Both the position numbers and the translations under genes were made by a program. DNA of 62,840 bases, the filler included, from Dirinaria sp. TL-2023a (taxonomy: Eukaryota), in NCBI GenBank assembly GCA_051941275.1. It is 13 parts of 13 records of this genome, joined end to end, with 100 filler letters (N's around TTAATTAATTAA, not from the genome) between each part and the next. Parts side by side here need not be neighbours in the genome. Positions count along the whole stretch, not along the records: positions 19,474 to 24,224 come from JAVEBF010001779.1; positions 24,325 to 29,072 come from JAVEBF010001780.1; positions 29,173 to 33,916 come from JAVEBF010001781.1; positions 34,017 to 38,748 come from JAVEBF010001782.1; 9 more parts are not named here. The stretch is one strand, 5' to 3'. Position 1 is the first letter of the stretch. Every line of letters begins with the position of its first letter. Under the pieces are notes generated by a model. That model made no database searches. It saw only the letters and a program-made list of their open reading frames with translations, and was not told where the DNA came from. Positions 24,178 through 38,049 of this stretch are shown piece by piece.

Positions 24178-26253
24178 ATGAGGGAGGAGGCAAGGGAGCA
24201 AATCTCGAGCCTCCCATCCCATCCNNNNNNNNNNNNNNNNNNNNNNNNNNNNNNNNNNNNNNNNNNNNTTAATTAATTAANNNNNNNNNNNNNNNNNNNN
24301 NNNNNNNNNNNNNNNNNNNNNNNNATTGTGGATATTGCGGCCATTGCCGCTACTGAAACCTTTTGAAGGGGGCTTAAAGCTGTATGCTCTGTAGAACTTG
24401 CCGAATGGTAAAATTACTATCCGATATCTGAGCTGGAATGGGGTTATGTAGACGCGTGGACGCGCTGATCAAGAGCCATTCTACGCTAAAAAACCTTCGA
24501 ACGACACTACGAAAATTGAGACATAATAATTGAAGCAAATACTTCTTGGATTGTTAGAAAATATTATTCTGAACCCTCATGCTGACTAAGATTTGTCCCT
24601 TGGCATATTCTTGGCATAAAAATTTCCCCGAAGTATTCCCTATCGGTGAGTACGAACAGACGAAGGGAATTTCTTTCCCTCTAAGGTACCTTTCAACAAC
24701 TTACTGCCTCGTCAAATCAGCAATTCGCGCCATGAATGGCTTCTTCAATAGGTGTTGGCAGACTGATTTCGGAACTTCCAAAGCGAACAGGAAATGATGG
24801 GTTCAGACACTCGGGAAGAGGTTTACCACTGCGAAGAGACATTGAGGTGACCTGAGTGCCCAGAACGCCTAAGCAAGTTAAAGTGGGACGGACGTGGAGG
24901 TTCCCATGGGCTCCCTCTATTATCACTCATTGATTCGCCCTTACTGGTAAAATTAACAAGCAATGGGTGGCTGGTTCAAAAAAGCATAATCAACAAGAAC
25001 CTCTTAAATGCCGCACTTGAAACGGTCCAGAGGGCGTTCCACTGCTGCCACACCACTCTAGGTGTCAATGTTCATTTTCACATGAAAATGCATCCGATCC
25101 TTTCGTCCCTCAGATTCAAATATTCCCACTCTGTCTCCTCTGATAGGATCCGGGTTCCAAGTAAAGACGGTTTAACGAAGTGACGATGGACTGGTTCACC
25201 ATGGAAGTGCCATCGTCAAACAGGCGAATCCCCGTCAAATAGGCAAATCCCTAAAAGTTGAAGAATTTTTAGAGAAAGATTCAAGAGAGATATTGCTAGG
25301 TGGAAAATACTTGTGGAGAGAGGGTTGTGGCACCAGGGTAGGGCGGTGTGGCGGCAGTGGGACCCTTCAGAAGACAATTGGAGGCCGATATAAAGACCTT
25401 CTCTGTCCCTTTGTCGTTTGCTCTAGAGCTCCCAAGCGATCTCATGGGCTTGATCAACGTTTCCATCAGACTGTAAGAGCATTCGAATCATGAGAGACAT
25501 CGCGTTTTTATGATCCAATTCCAGAAGGTATCGAAACTAAGCACGAAGCTAGAACATACGAGATGTACCGGGAATTTGATAGACCGATAAAGATGCACCA
25601 GCGATCCTCATCGAGAAGGCATCGAACATTGAGGAATCTTACCTTAAAGTATTTGCCATAACGTTGATCTTCTGTGAGCCCGGAGTAAGGCTCAAAGCTC
25701 TACCCCAGCTGGCGCTTAAGCATTAAGGGCCCTATTTAGAAATATAGTAGTGTGGATGCATTCCCTAAGTCGATCGGAGAATTCCGAGTGCTGAACGGAA
25801 CCCTCAATCAAACAACCATAGCAGAGAATAATTGATTACGTAGACTTTGCAGATGGCGTGAGAGATGGCATATCTTCATTACATCGGACTGTCGAGGAAG
25901 GCGCCTGGAGAGTGCATGCGCTTCCTCTGCACGAGCTGCAGTATGACATAGGTAACATATGCACGTTGCTGGAAGAAGAATCCTGCGCATTCTGTCCCCC
26001 ACCTTTTCTCCGTACAGAAGATGATCGTCGATTTTGATCACGGTGCGCAAAACACTATTGGATTGCCCTCGCAGATCTTGTTTGCTCATGCGCACTCTGA
26101 CGTCTCGATTCCAGAAAGGCTCTCCGCGAGTTTCCGACGCTGAAGTCTAAAGACCGCTACGAATCCATCACGCTGTCGTCGTCTATGTTAGTCCCCTATT
26201 TTGCGCCGCTCTAGGCTGGTGCGATTTTGTATCAAGGCGGCAAATCGTCCTGA

Positions 26254-27940
26254 ATGATGTCTCGAGTAACTGACGAAGCTTTGGCCGTTTTCCATGAGTA
26301 TGCTCTTCTTGCTGTGCTGGTGGTCGGTAGTAGTTGGTTTTTGTACGGTGCAATATGGCGTCTCTACATGTCTCCTATCGCAGGGTTTCCGGGCCCACGA
26401 TTCGCAGCATTGACATTTTGGAACGAGTTCTACTATGACGTTGTTTGTCAGGGTAGGTATACCTGGAAAATCGCGGAATATCACCAAAAATACGGTACGG
26501 CATCGCCGCTCACAGCCTGCGAAGATGGCTTATACGTTTAGGCCCAATTATTCGAATCAATCCGTTCGAGCTTCATATTGATGACCCGGATTTCTATGAC
26601 GTATTGTATGTTGGTGGTTCCAAACGCAGATCCAACAAATGGTTTTGGTCGGTATGTGAACGAGTTCGAGCCATCATCAGCCTATATAGATTCCGTTGGA
26701 AGATTCTGACAGTGGTTCCAAGATGCGCATGTTCGGGCCAGTCAACCATTCCATCTTCGACACTTTGGAGCATGACCACCACAGGGTCCGGCGAGGGCCA
26801 TGGAGTCCATATTTCTCCAAGCAAGCCGTAGCCCGCCTTCAGCCACTGCTCCTTCAACCACTAGCGAATAAATTCTGCGACCGCCTAGCTGGATATCAAT
26901 CGGCTGAGAAGCCGGTGGTGATGACCAATGCCTTTGCAGACCTTTCCTCTGATGTTATCTCCGAGTATAGCTTTCCGCAGGGCCACGGAAATCTCGATCA
27001 ATCTCAATTCCATGGATCAGATCATCACGCACTTATGGCATTCAGCAAGCTAAGTCACTTGCTCAAGCAGTTCAACTGGCTTTATCTTGTGTTACTTTCC
27101 ATACCTCTTTGGATCACGAGATACGCTAGCCCGCTCGTGTATCAGTTTTCTTGCCAGCAGATTCGCCTCCTTCAACAGGCGAATGAGACCGTCAAACAAC
27201 GCGGTAATCCAGACTGCAAAGAGACCACGGCTCGCCCGTCTTTGATGCATACTTTCTTGGAATCAGATATTCCCGAGTCAGAGAAGACCGCAGAGCACAT
27301 CAAGCGTGAAGCTTATGTGGCTATTGCAGCCGGCACAGCCGCAACAACTCGCTCGCTGACAGCGGCAACCTTTCATGTGCTTGCGAATCCACCGATATTT
27401 GAGAGATTGATGGAGGAACTTAAGGAGGCCATGACTGACCAAGACTCGGAGCTCAATCTACAGCAGCTTGAGCAAATGCCATACCTTACGGCGATTTGGT
27501 ACGAGACGCTCCGCATCTCCTCCGCCGCTTCTCAGCGCCTGCAACGTGTCTTCCCTGACGATGCTCTTCAATACAAACAGTGGACTATTCCAGCAGGCAC
27601 TCCAGTTGGCATGACAGGGCTCCATATCCACGACAATGAAGATATTTTCCCCGACCACTACACGTTCAAACCGGAACGCTGGCTGCCGCTGCAGACAGAA
27701 GGGCAGAGGCTACTCAAGTATCTGGCTGCCTTTGGTGCTGGTAGTAGGGTTTGCATTGGCAAAGAATTGGCAAAGGCAGAATTCATGACAACGTGCGCTA
27801 CAATGTTTTGGAGGTTTGGCCGCCAGATGCAGCTTTTCGATACGGAACGAGAGAGGGATATTGACACCAAGCATGACTATTTCAATGCAGCTCCAAGTGT
27901 TAGAAGTAACGGATTAATGGTGTTCTTCAATAAGAAATGA
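26254..27940 (+). CDS. Cytochrome P450 (trichodiene-oxygenase-like, CYP58/CYP682-type); introns 26495-26541 and 26652-26722
   Basis: N-terminal TM anchor, [28 protein letters not shown] (ExxR), FKPERW and the heme motif [10 protein letters not shown]. The family assignment is from overall motif resemblance only. Confidence 0.93.
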
Positions 27941-29019
27941 AATCCCGGGAGAAACCCTTCAGAGCTGAAGTGCACAGAACTCTACCATATAATGAGCCTG
28001 ATATCGAAATCAAGGTGAGATAAACTTACTTTTCCTTCACGAAAGGTACGTCCTGTACATAAGGTATGTTGGGTACCATCCGGCGTCGGGTCCTCAAGTC
28101 AAGGGTCGGTGGTAGGAAGTCCAAATGAGGTCTAGTGGGACTTGGCAGCGCCTTGATTGCTGAGTCAAGATCCCTTGAGACCCCCTGATGTAAGTCTTAC
28201 AATCAATCTTCATTATTATCAGACGTTGAAAGTGGCGCTTTCAATGCTTTGAACATGGATAGCGAATTGCTTAAACAGTTTAAATGTCCAACAAGCCATG
28301 CTTGACTCTGTATTTCTCGCATGACTATTACAACCGACTTTCTCCCTACGCGAGCAAAAATCTTGCCCCTCCTCCACAACGCACGAACCGCCATCGGGGT
28401 CCATGGCACTATACTTTGAGCATTAAGTTTCTGAGCAGTTTATATCAAATCTTCTTTTCATTTGCAATCTAGACAAACTTTCCATCCGCTTTTGAAACTG
28501 TCTTCTATCCATTTTCACCATATCAAGGTGTGTGTATAATCATCTCTGGATCGATGAACATCATAGCCCAATGAATCAACATTCACTACCTTTATTCCCC
28601 TCCAAATCCAGTGTAATCACGCTTCTTGCGCGAAGCGCCAAGGCAATGGAATTCCTCTCCTATCACAGCGCATTGTCAAACCCCCTTTCTTCCTTTGTTC
28701 ACACTCGGCTATTGCGTCATAGAGGTAGCCATTCAAGTCTTTGTCCCAAACGCCTCTGCGAAACAGACAACGGAGAGAGAGAGGGCAGAGACACGCGTTC
28801 CGGAACAAAACCATTGTCACCCATGTTTCAGAGCCGGCCTTCGAGGATAAAATTCAGAGGGCCCGTTTTTTCAGGATGTGTCACCCTTTCTTTTTTTTTT
28901 TTACTATCAAATATCCGTTGAACCGGATTTTGCAACTCTACTAGCAAAATTATTTCCAACTTTTCCTTGGCTTGCCTAGCATTACCAAAGCACCCAAAAA
29001 GAAAAACACCAAAAAAAAC

Positions 29020-29072
29020 ATGAACATCCTCACCATCCTCCTCCTAGCCCTAAGCGCAGGCGCTTCCCCCAC
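29020..29072 (+). CDS. Possible 5' end of a secreted protein, truncated by the gap
   Basis: ATG in a good context (AACATG) followed by MNILTILLLALSAGASP, which looks like a signal peptide and runs into the N spacer. Confidence 0.55.
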
Positions 29073-29699
29073 NNNNNNNNNNNNNNNNNNNNNNNNNNNN
29101 NNNNNNNNNNNNNNNNTTAATTAATTAANNNNNNNNNNNNNNNNNNNNNNNNNNNNNNNNNNNNNNNNNNNNTCGCACTTTCGCTGGCAGAGTGGTTCAC
29201 TTGATGAGCTCATCGATAGCCATATTAGAATCACTGTGAGTTGTTCCTCTTCGAAAAATTCCTTCCCATGTCTGGCTTTCCTCGCTCAAGTATATGTAGC
29301 TGTCTCTTTTGTATGCGAGTATGGACGCTCGTTCAGATAAGATGCTGAAGTTGATTATCTGGCAAGTACTCTGACAGCTTCGTATGGTCCTTGCAATTGT
29401 GGAGAGATCAGCTGATCTCGTCTTCTCTTGTGATCCATCTCGGTGTTACTTAGCTGGGATTTGAGGTAAGTAGTCTGAGATGCTCGAATTGTGTCGCCTG
29501 TATCGGATTTGAGGTAACAATTCAAGATTCTCCGTAGAGAACCCCCCCAGGACGAGGTGTAGACTGTAGAAATCCTCGTCGGAATTATCATCCTGTCAGA
29601 CTTCTCGAATTTCAGATCTGCTGTAAACTGATCCAAGGCATCTAGCATCACCCCATATATCTATCGGTATCTCATCTCAGCCGATTGATTTCTCCAAGC

Positions 29700-29940
29700 A
29701 GTCTCTGGACATTGATATTAATGCTACATTGCTGTCTGATGTGATCATAAAGACAATCTTCCTGGCGAGGAAATAGAGTGCCAGTTGGGAGACAAGCTGT
29801 GACTTTCCAGTTCCTGGAGGGTTCTGAATAGAATTATCTGATCGATCGCGTTATTATAAATTTGAATATTAGAAGCGAACGCGGATTTCTACGTGTCGTT
29901 CAACGATATCGAGTCTAGGAACTGCTGCGTCATCGGCTCG
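29700..29940 (-). pseudogene. Relic of an Upf1/Dna2/Nam7-like superfamily-1 helicase gene
   Basis: The minus strand gives LNDT*KSAF (Q-motif LNxxQ, TAG at 29891-29889). After a frameshift it gives IQNPPGTGKSQLV (29829-29800) and then ITSDSNVAL (motif Ia-like SNxA). Confidence 0.7.
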
Positions 29941-32900
29941 AACACGAAATTGTTGTGCTGATGGATCATATCTGAGGTCAGAAGTATTGGCTTAGGTCAA
30001 TTGTTTTGAGGTATATTGACATCGTCATATAGATTTTGATTGACAGCGAATCATTGAAGAAATAAATGATCGACTAGTGAAGTCAAAACGAAAACGACCA
30101 GTATGCCCTTGAAATACGAAGTCTGTTCCTCCACCTTCCCGGATTAAATAGTAACTCTGTCGTGGTGGAAAACTCTTTCAGAAATTTTAGTATCCTTAAA
30201 ATTGTATTTCGGTGCATCAATGAGCGGGAAGAATGATAGAAGTGATGTATAATGATGTACGAGAGGTGAGATGCTCGATTGCTAGAAAAAGATCGATTAT
30301 CATAATAACTACTAATTGAGAAATGTGCAATTGTAATCATAGAACTTATAGCAAGCAACTGTGACAGTCTAGACAACACTATTCAGAATTCTATCAAGCA
30401 ACTCAGCACTAAATATCTTTGCATGATCATGAAAAGAACGAATTCACGAGTTGACATTGAATCACACCACCAATCAAAACCCCTTGTCAAACAAGCATGT
30501 CGTGAAAAGCTGTAATCCTAGCATGGAAAAGAAAGGGGGGTAAAAAGCGGGCAAAAGCAATCTAGCGAGATGATTGATTGACCGTTCTTGTATGGGTAAA
30601 GAATAAAGAACTCGGGAGAAAATTCAAAGAGCAGGAGAATGTGAGCGAGAGAAGTTTTTGCGCAGCAGAATTCTAAAATGTTATCCACGTTGCTGAGAGG
30701 AGGGTAGCTTTCTTTCTTGACTGACTGCACATTTTGTCTCCAATGTCTTTATTTTCTGCTTAATGGCGCCTTCGCTTTCTTGAAGAGATATTGGGTTTAT
30801 TATGTCGTTATGTCTGCTGTTGGTGTAATTTGGTTTTTCATCATATCTTGAAGCTCGTTTTTTTGTTAAAGCATTGACTTCCTCAGAGCGCAAGAGGCTG
30901 GCATGTTCAGCCCGACATAGTGCCCGATAAAGTGTGGATTTTATCGAATTTGAGAGGTTTTACGTTCTGACTGTGGAAGCGAGGGAAGACGTGAGCAGTC
31001 TTTTCATACTTTAATTTCTAAGGGAAATTTTTTCTCCCCCAAGGTTCATCGCATCCTTGAATATCTCAAAGAAACACAATTAAATAGAACATATCTACCG
31101 CCCCAGTCTACGTCTTCAATAGAAGCAAACAAAACCAACGAAGTAGACAATTACCGAGCACGATGAATTAAAACTTGTGCCTCACCTTGTGCTCTCAAGC
31201 CACCTACCTCTGCTTGGGGCTTCACAACCCAAGTTTTGATAGTCATTATGTCCTACATGGCAGCGATACAGTATACAGTAAATATATCTCGTTTCATCTC
31301 CAAGCTGTTTGATGTTAATTATCAAGTCTTTGAGGCGCTGATGAGGTCTCTAGTAGACTAGACCTTCGTGTCCGCCTTGGGGGCCTCGTTGATTTCAGAA
31401 TCGCGCTTGTCTTGGCAGTAGAGTTTTCTAAATGTTCTCTTTGGGTGGTTGGTATTACCAATATCATATTCCAAGGCAAGGTTTTTGTAGGACTTCAGGT
31501 ACGGATCAATCATCAGGGTAGTCCTTCATCTGATGCTATATTCCTCGATAGAGTAAAAAAAACGTGTAATTTTAAGGTTGAGTGAGCCCGGGAAGAAATC
31601 CTGAAAGGATCTTTGCTATGGTGTTAGAAGCTCGGCGGATTGTGAAAAATTCTTCTCGGCCTTGTGCAAGTAGTGATATATACTGGCTAGCAATCCCTCC
31701 TTAACCGCTTCTGAAATTTGAGTTCCCCTTGTACCATTCATGACTCAATGGAAGTGAGAATATGTCCTGGCCAAAAGAATAAAATGATCTTCATTTTCCT
31801 CTTCATTGAGAGATTTAATGAACCTTTTCGAAGCGCGGTGCCAAACACACAGCATTTCTCCAGTCTTTAGTAGAAATGATCGGCTCCGCTGCACGCTTGG
31901 GATGAATGGCGCTTACCGTCTCGTGGTCAGGGGTTACCTGCATTATTTTGGCGGGACTGTCATCTCTTGGATTCGAGATCCATCATGATCGATGGCGAAT
32001 CGTTTTCTTTTGAGCGATGATTTGCTTGATAGAAGAAACGTTCTTCAGGATAAGCAGCCGCCCTGCGTGCCTGCGATTGATAGTTACTGGTTTTATGTCC
32101 GGCTGAAAACTTCTTATTTTGAGCATTCCGTACTTAAAGTACAGAGATGTGGTGCATTCTCTGACCTGATGTTTAAGGCAAAATTTCCAGACGAGACTGT
32201 AGTTCAAGAGGCGGCAACGAACAAGAGCATGCGAATGTGTCGCAGAAGATGATATATATGGTCTTGCGAGGGTGGGTATTGAAGGAAGTTTTGTAGTTCA
32301 CTTCTATGTTTACTTCTTGAGAGGTTCTAGTGTGTAATCGAAGTTGAATGGAAGCAGCATCCAAACCAGCCTCAATGTAAAACTTCAACGCAATATCTTC
32401 AACTCCTTCGCCACGGTGATATTAATTGCTCTGACTCAATTGAATCTCGCACTACTCTGATTTAGAAGATCTGATAATGTTTCAATTTCGAGAAAATGAA
32501 TCCGCTACTTCGTCTTTGCCGAAAATCTTCAGTAAGAAGACAGTATGGTTTCGCAGTTTTTTTTCGATGTTGCTTTCTATAATTGCAGGCAGCACTCAAG
32601 ATAATTCTTTCTTTATTTTTCTTTCAAAACCTAAGAGCGGCGACTAGTCATTGAAGTTACCGATGGCCCAATTTGAACTCGATAGTGCAGTATGAGCTCG
32701 TCTGCGCTGCTTCATAGCCTTTTTCCTCCCCATATCTGCTTTCAATCCTAAGATCGAACGAGGCGCGCATGAGAAAGCTCAAAAGCTTCTGGTGGAACTC
32801 TCTGCCTTTCTTGAGCACCTTAGCTCTCTTCTTTTCGTGACGTTTCATGGGAGTCTAGCAGTGAGAATAGAATTTCAGATCAATCATTGTATAATACTGA

Positions 32901-34502
32901 TTCTGGATCAAAGATAAGTAAATGGTAAAGCATCATTCGTAATTGTAATATGATGGATGGCTTATTTTGCCTGGAAATTTCTGGTCGAGATAGTTCTCGT
33001 CTTACACACGGACGTTGGAGTTAGTCATTTTGATGTCGATAGAGGTAAGAAACGGAGCTGTGCAAGGAGAAACTGAACCGGATCAGTCTTTAAAAGATGA
33101 AAAGTATCTGCACACGTATCTGAGGAGGTTCGTGGATTCTTTGAATACACAAGAGAATAGCAACGACGAGATTATTATTGAGGCTGACTTGTATCGAACG
33201 GACGTGTATCGTTCAACGAGCGCCAAAATATTGTTTTTGCTTTCTCTCGAGCTTGAAGTAGAGTTCAATAGCCTAACACGAGACTGGAAGAAAATCAAGC
33301 TCTCTCATCCATCATTCACAGCCAAATTGTGTAGGTGTCGGTCCAGGTTGAATCTGGTCCTCTGAAAAAAAGAGCTGGCTGTAGATATCATATTGCTATC
33401 GTCTAGATGTCGCAAAGAGCTAGGAAAACAGCTTCCGCGAGCAGGGACACAAAACACAACAGTCAAGTCTGTTTATACAAGGATTGGAATTGAGGGCTAG
33501 AATCTGGGCGAGAAGTGTGATGTGTGAGTAGAGATCAATATTGTAATTGATGCGTCCTCGTGAGTTTCAGCTGTGTTATATAAATATACTAATGACTGAT
33601 GCAGCGGTAATAATCCAAAGCAGAAATCAGGAAGCCTCATCTTTTAGCAAAGCTGATATTCCATGTCTGTCAACAGTGATAGTCATGAATGATTCGTGGC
33701 TGATGTGATTTTGAAGGACGGTGAATAATGTCTCTATTACTTAAATTGTTGAAAGTACGAAAACATTCTGATGGTGAATGATAAATCAGACTCCGCGACA
33801 CTTTTTTGAAGAAGGTCGGAAATGATGAAAAGAATTGAGCTATAGATTTCAAGTCCGACCGAAGTCCTAGTATTCTGTGTTGTGACAAGAACATATTGAT
33901 GAATTGACAATGGACTNNNNNNNNNNNNNNNNNNNNNNNNNNNNNNNNNNNNNNNNNNNNTTAATTAATTAANNNNNNNNNNNNNNNNNNNNNNNNNNNN
34001 NNNNNNNNNNNNNNNNCTGGGGGAGAGAATAATGGCTGCAGCTTACGGCAAGACGGGTAAAGGTGAATCCGCCAAGCCCGTTCGATGCTAGTGTCCGGCT
34101 CCGTGGTGGTCCCAAAGGAGCCAAGTGCCCGCGGGCTAGACACATACGCCAGGAGCAGCCGAAGGGACCGTTGCGCGAATGAGCAAGCGCTGCTGGCTGC
34201 ATCTCCAAATGCGGAGTGATCAGTCGCCTGCGTTGCCTGCACAGTCTCGTAATCCTGCACGCTTCTTACCACAATCGAGCGTGTGGAGTAGGGTGCAAGT
34301 CCAGTCAAAACCAGTCAAAAGCATCGAATCGACGAATTGGCCATCCCACCGTCCAAGTGCAGAATAAACGGCTGGAAATGCTGGATAGGGTCTAATCTGG
34401 AAGGCAGGTTGTATAAGATTATGCTTCTTATTTACCATCCATTTGTTCCTTGGGCACCCAATAAATCCATGGAACTTGGATCTTGATCAAATAATAAGTA
34501 AT

Positions 34503-34578
34503 CAGACCTGACCAGACCAGACCTGACCAAACCTGACCAAACCTGACCTTACCTCACCTTACCTCACACTTACCTTAA
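34503..34578 (+). repeat. Degenerate 5/10-bp tandem repeat (ACCAG/ACCTG, grading to ACCAA, ACCTT, ACCTC)
   Basis: CAGACCTGACCAGACCAGACCTGACCAAACCTGACCAAACCTGACCTTACCTCACCTTACCTCACACTTACCTTAA. Confidence 0.8.
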
Positions 34579-35505
34579 TATTGGGGAACAACCCTTTCCT
34601 TTTCGCCCCTTCCCCCCTCCGTCTCCACCCTGGTCCATCTCTCTGTCTGTCGCTCAAATGACTTAGGTTCTGCCTCTACTGCCGGCCGCTAGAAGACACA
34701 CTATTACAGTACATACAGTACTTTGCCTTACCTTATTATTATTACCACAGCGACTACTTCCAATTGACCCTCTCCGGCCTCTCCGGGACTCTGGCTCAGT
34801 CCGAGTCAAAAAGCGCCCGCCCCGTTGGCGAGGTTGCACAGCGTCTGGCCCAGCCAATACGTGAAGGGAGTCAATACTTGCCTGCAGCCAGTCGATCCAA
34901 CGAACGGTGGCAGGGGAATAGGCACATCCACACACACCCTACCTTACCTTACGCCTCTCATACTACCTTAAAGGTACTTGCATCCAACCTATGACGGGCG
35001 CCGCATTGGCCTGCTGAAAAGCCTCGTTTGGTCCAAAAAGTATCACTACTGTAATTCCCCAGCATTTAACCAAAAAAAATCAAAATCAAAATCAAAATCA
35101 AAAAAAAAAAAAAAAAAATCCCCAAAGAAATCATATTCTCCAAGCCCTTCCTTCCCTCCATTGATTTCTTTTTCACTCCGCATTTCTCCCCCTCGAAGGG
35201 GCAATTCTGCGCCTCTTCCACGTTTCACCACATTCAGCGTGAACAGTGGCCCTATCGCCTGTTCATCACCTGCGAACTCCTCACGCATGGTGCCTCTCGC
35301 CGGATCTTGGGTCCATCCTGCGCGCGATATTGGACATCCCGTCGCAGTATCCCCCCGTCCTTGATCCCCCCCCGAGGGGGGACTCGCCGCAGGACGACGG
35401 CAAGCTGCAGCTTGGGAACGTGGGTGATTCGATAAGCCAACTTTGACGGATACGGGGTTTGTGTCTCCTCGAAAGTATCAGTCGGCTTTGTCATATAAGA
35501 AGACT

Positions 35506-37782
35506 ATGACCACGGAGTCTTGTGAGGATGAAGCCTCACTGTCACCTACGCAATCACTCGATGACAGCGGAGATCAGCACTCCGGCGACATGACCGAGTC
35601 GGCGGAGCAGGGGAGGAAATCGGCGACGCAATTCCAGGCAGGAAGCACTCAGTCCAAAGCCGCCAATGCAAAAGACCCATTGCGGCCGCGCAGGAAGAAA
35701 GCAAGGCGCGCGTGTTACGCCTGTCAACGTGCGCATCTGACCTGTGGTAAATGCTACCTCGTCTCTCCCCAAAAATATATCTATCATTGCGCATGTATAT
35801 ATCGATGACAGACTGACCCTTCAACAACAGGAGATGAGCGTCCTTGTCAAAGATGCATAAAACGTGGCCTACAAGACGCCTGCCATGACGGCGTCCGGAA
35901 GAAGGCGAAATATTTGCATGATGCGCCAAATGAAGCCTTGGTCCCGGGCATGGGCCCTCGGGGTGTGGAAGTTAATCAATTTCAGTATGTTCCGGATCTC
36001 GGTCAAGGACAGCAACTACCATCCACCCCTGGCTACGCGGGAGCGTCAGTCACTTACACTTCACAACAATCACCGCCAGCAGCATTTCCTCGGTATTCTC
36101 TGAGTGGGCCACAGCTGCAGATGCCGCCTCCCTTCACAGAAGGTATGATGACCTCTCAATCGTACACGACCCAAGCTTCTCCCGTTTCGCCACAATTCAG
36201 CACCGGTCCTCATTCCCAAGCATCGCCAATGCAGAGTATCGGCAGCGCTTTACAGCACTCTCAGCAAGCGACCCCCACGGTGCAAGGTTCATTTCCCGGT
36301 CCAATATTTGATCCCCGTGAAGCCCTACAGTATAATTTCGACCCAGCCAGCTTCAACTTTGGAAACCACTACGGAGCCCTGGAATTTGGTATACTGGGGC
36401 ACATGTCGTCCGGTGCTGGCGAGACTCCTCCGAGCGATTCGACGGCGGCGAACGTTGGCCGCAATCAGACCGGCAGTTACCCTACGCCTAGCACGTTGTC
36501 TGCTGCAGGCTATAGCGATACATCGAGTACGGCGCAGCCGTATCTTTATCAACAAGAGCAGGGCCTTGGAGAATGGCGTGGTGACCTTCCCGGCAATATG
36601 AGGCAAGGCAGTGCCCCTACCCTCTATAATTTTAATCAGGTACATGATCCTTCTGAGCACATAAAACAAGAAGAACCACACGCTTTCGCGATCGGTGCTT
36701 CGAGTGCTTTCACTACCCCGGAGACTAGCTCGAGCTCCCAGGGCATACTAACAAGCTTTGATGAACCGTCCTCTGCGACAGCAGTGTTTTCTACATCTGC
36801 TTTGCGCCAAGGAGCGCAAGGTCGCCTCCCACTCAAGCAAGACTCGCAGCCTACGATATCTACTCCCAACCTGCAGGCCTCCTCCTTACCCCCGAGGCGG
36901 GTGCGGGACTCTTCAACTATCTACGACAGCGTAAAGCAACCGTATTCTTACACGGACGGCTTTCACAAAATGACCGCTTTTGTGCAAAGGCGATTCTCCC
37001 CTCAGCGGACTCTTCGCATAGCCCAAGCTCTCGCAAGGATTAGACCATCCTTTATCTCGTGTACCAAAAACCTCAGCCAGGAGGACTTGCTGTTCATGGA
37101 GAAATGTTTTCAGCGTACGCTTTGGGAATACGAGGATTTCATCAATGCATGCGGTACGCCGACGATTGTCTGTCGTCGGACGGGAGAAGTCGCGGCCGTG
37201 GGGAAAGAATTCAGCATTCTCACTGGCTGGTCAAAGGAAGTCCTCCTTGGGAAAGCACCCAACTTGAATGTCAACACGGGTGGGAGTTCTGGCCAGCCAG
37301 GTACTGGCGCTTCTTCACGCGGTGGCTACAACACGCCTCGTGTGTCTGATGACAGCAGTTCACAACCAGTCTTCTTGGCCGAACTTCTCGACGATGAAAG
37401 TGCAATTGAGTTCTACGAAGACTTTGCACGGTTGGCATTTGGAGATTCTAGGGGCAGCGTGACGACACACTGCAAGCTTCTAACCTACAAAACTATGGAC
37501 GACCCAAGTTTCGCGCCTAGCCGAGAAACTGGATTTGAGGACGAATTCGAATCTCGACTCAAGAAGAAGCGCCGTTTCTATGGCCCAGGCGGCAACGGGA
37601 GCGAACCCAAAATTCAAGGTTTTGGGGATCGAGATGGCAAGGTGGAATGTAGTTACTGCTGGACCGTGAAGCGGGACGTCTTTGACATCCCGATGTTGAT
37701 CGTTATGAATGTGAGTAATGCAAACCCTCCAGCTTTCTTCGACCAGGGCTGACAGAGCGCAAAGTTCCTACCATGTATATGA
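35506..37782 (+). CDS. acuK: Zn2Cys6 + PAS-like transcription activator of gluconeogenesis (AcuK/Ert1); introns 35747-35830, 37711-37764
   Basis: [91 protein letters not shown] and [22 protein letters not shown]. Confidence 0.92.
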
Positions 37783-38049
37783 CTCATGAAGGGTAGCTGG
37801 TGTGGCATAGCGTGGCCTGGGGATGGGGTGGCAATAAACGGCTCAATCTCGCGATGACTATGAGTAATGGACGCTTATCATATTTTCTGCCGGTCGTACA
37901 TAGATTTCCCTACACCCTCAACATATTCCGGGTGAATGCACACTGATTTGACTCGTGCATCCACCATCATGGGCAGCCATCGAGATGTATGTACTGTATA
38001 CCGACTAGCGTCGGAAATTCTTCGCACAGGCTCTCGTTTCCGGTCAAGT

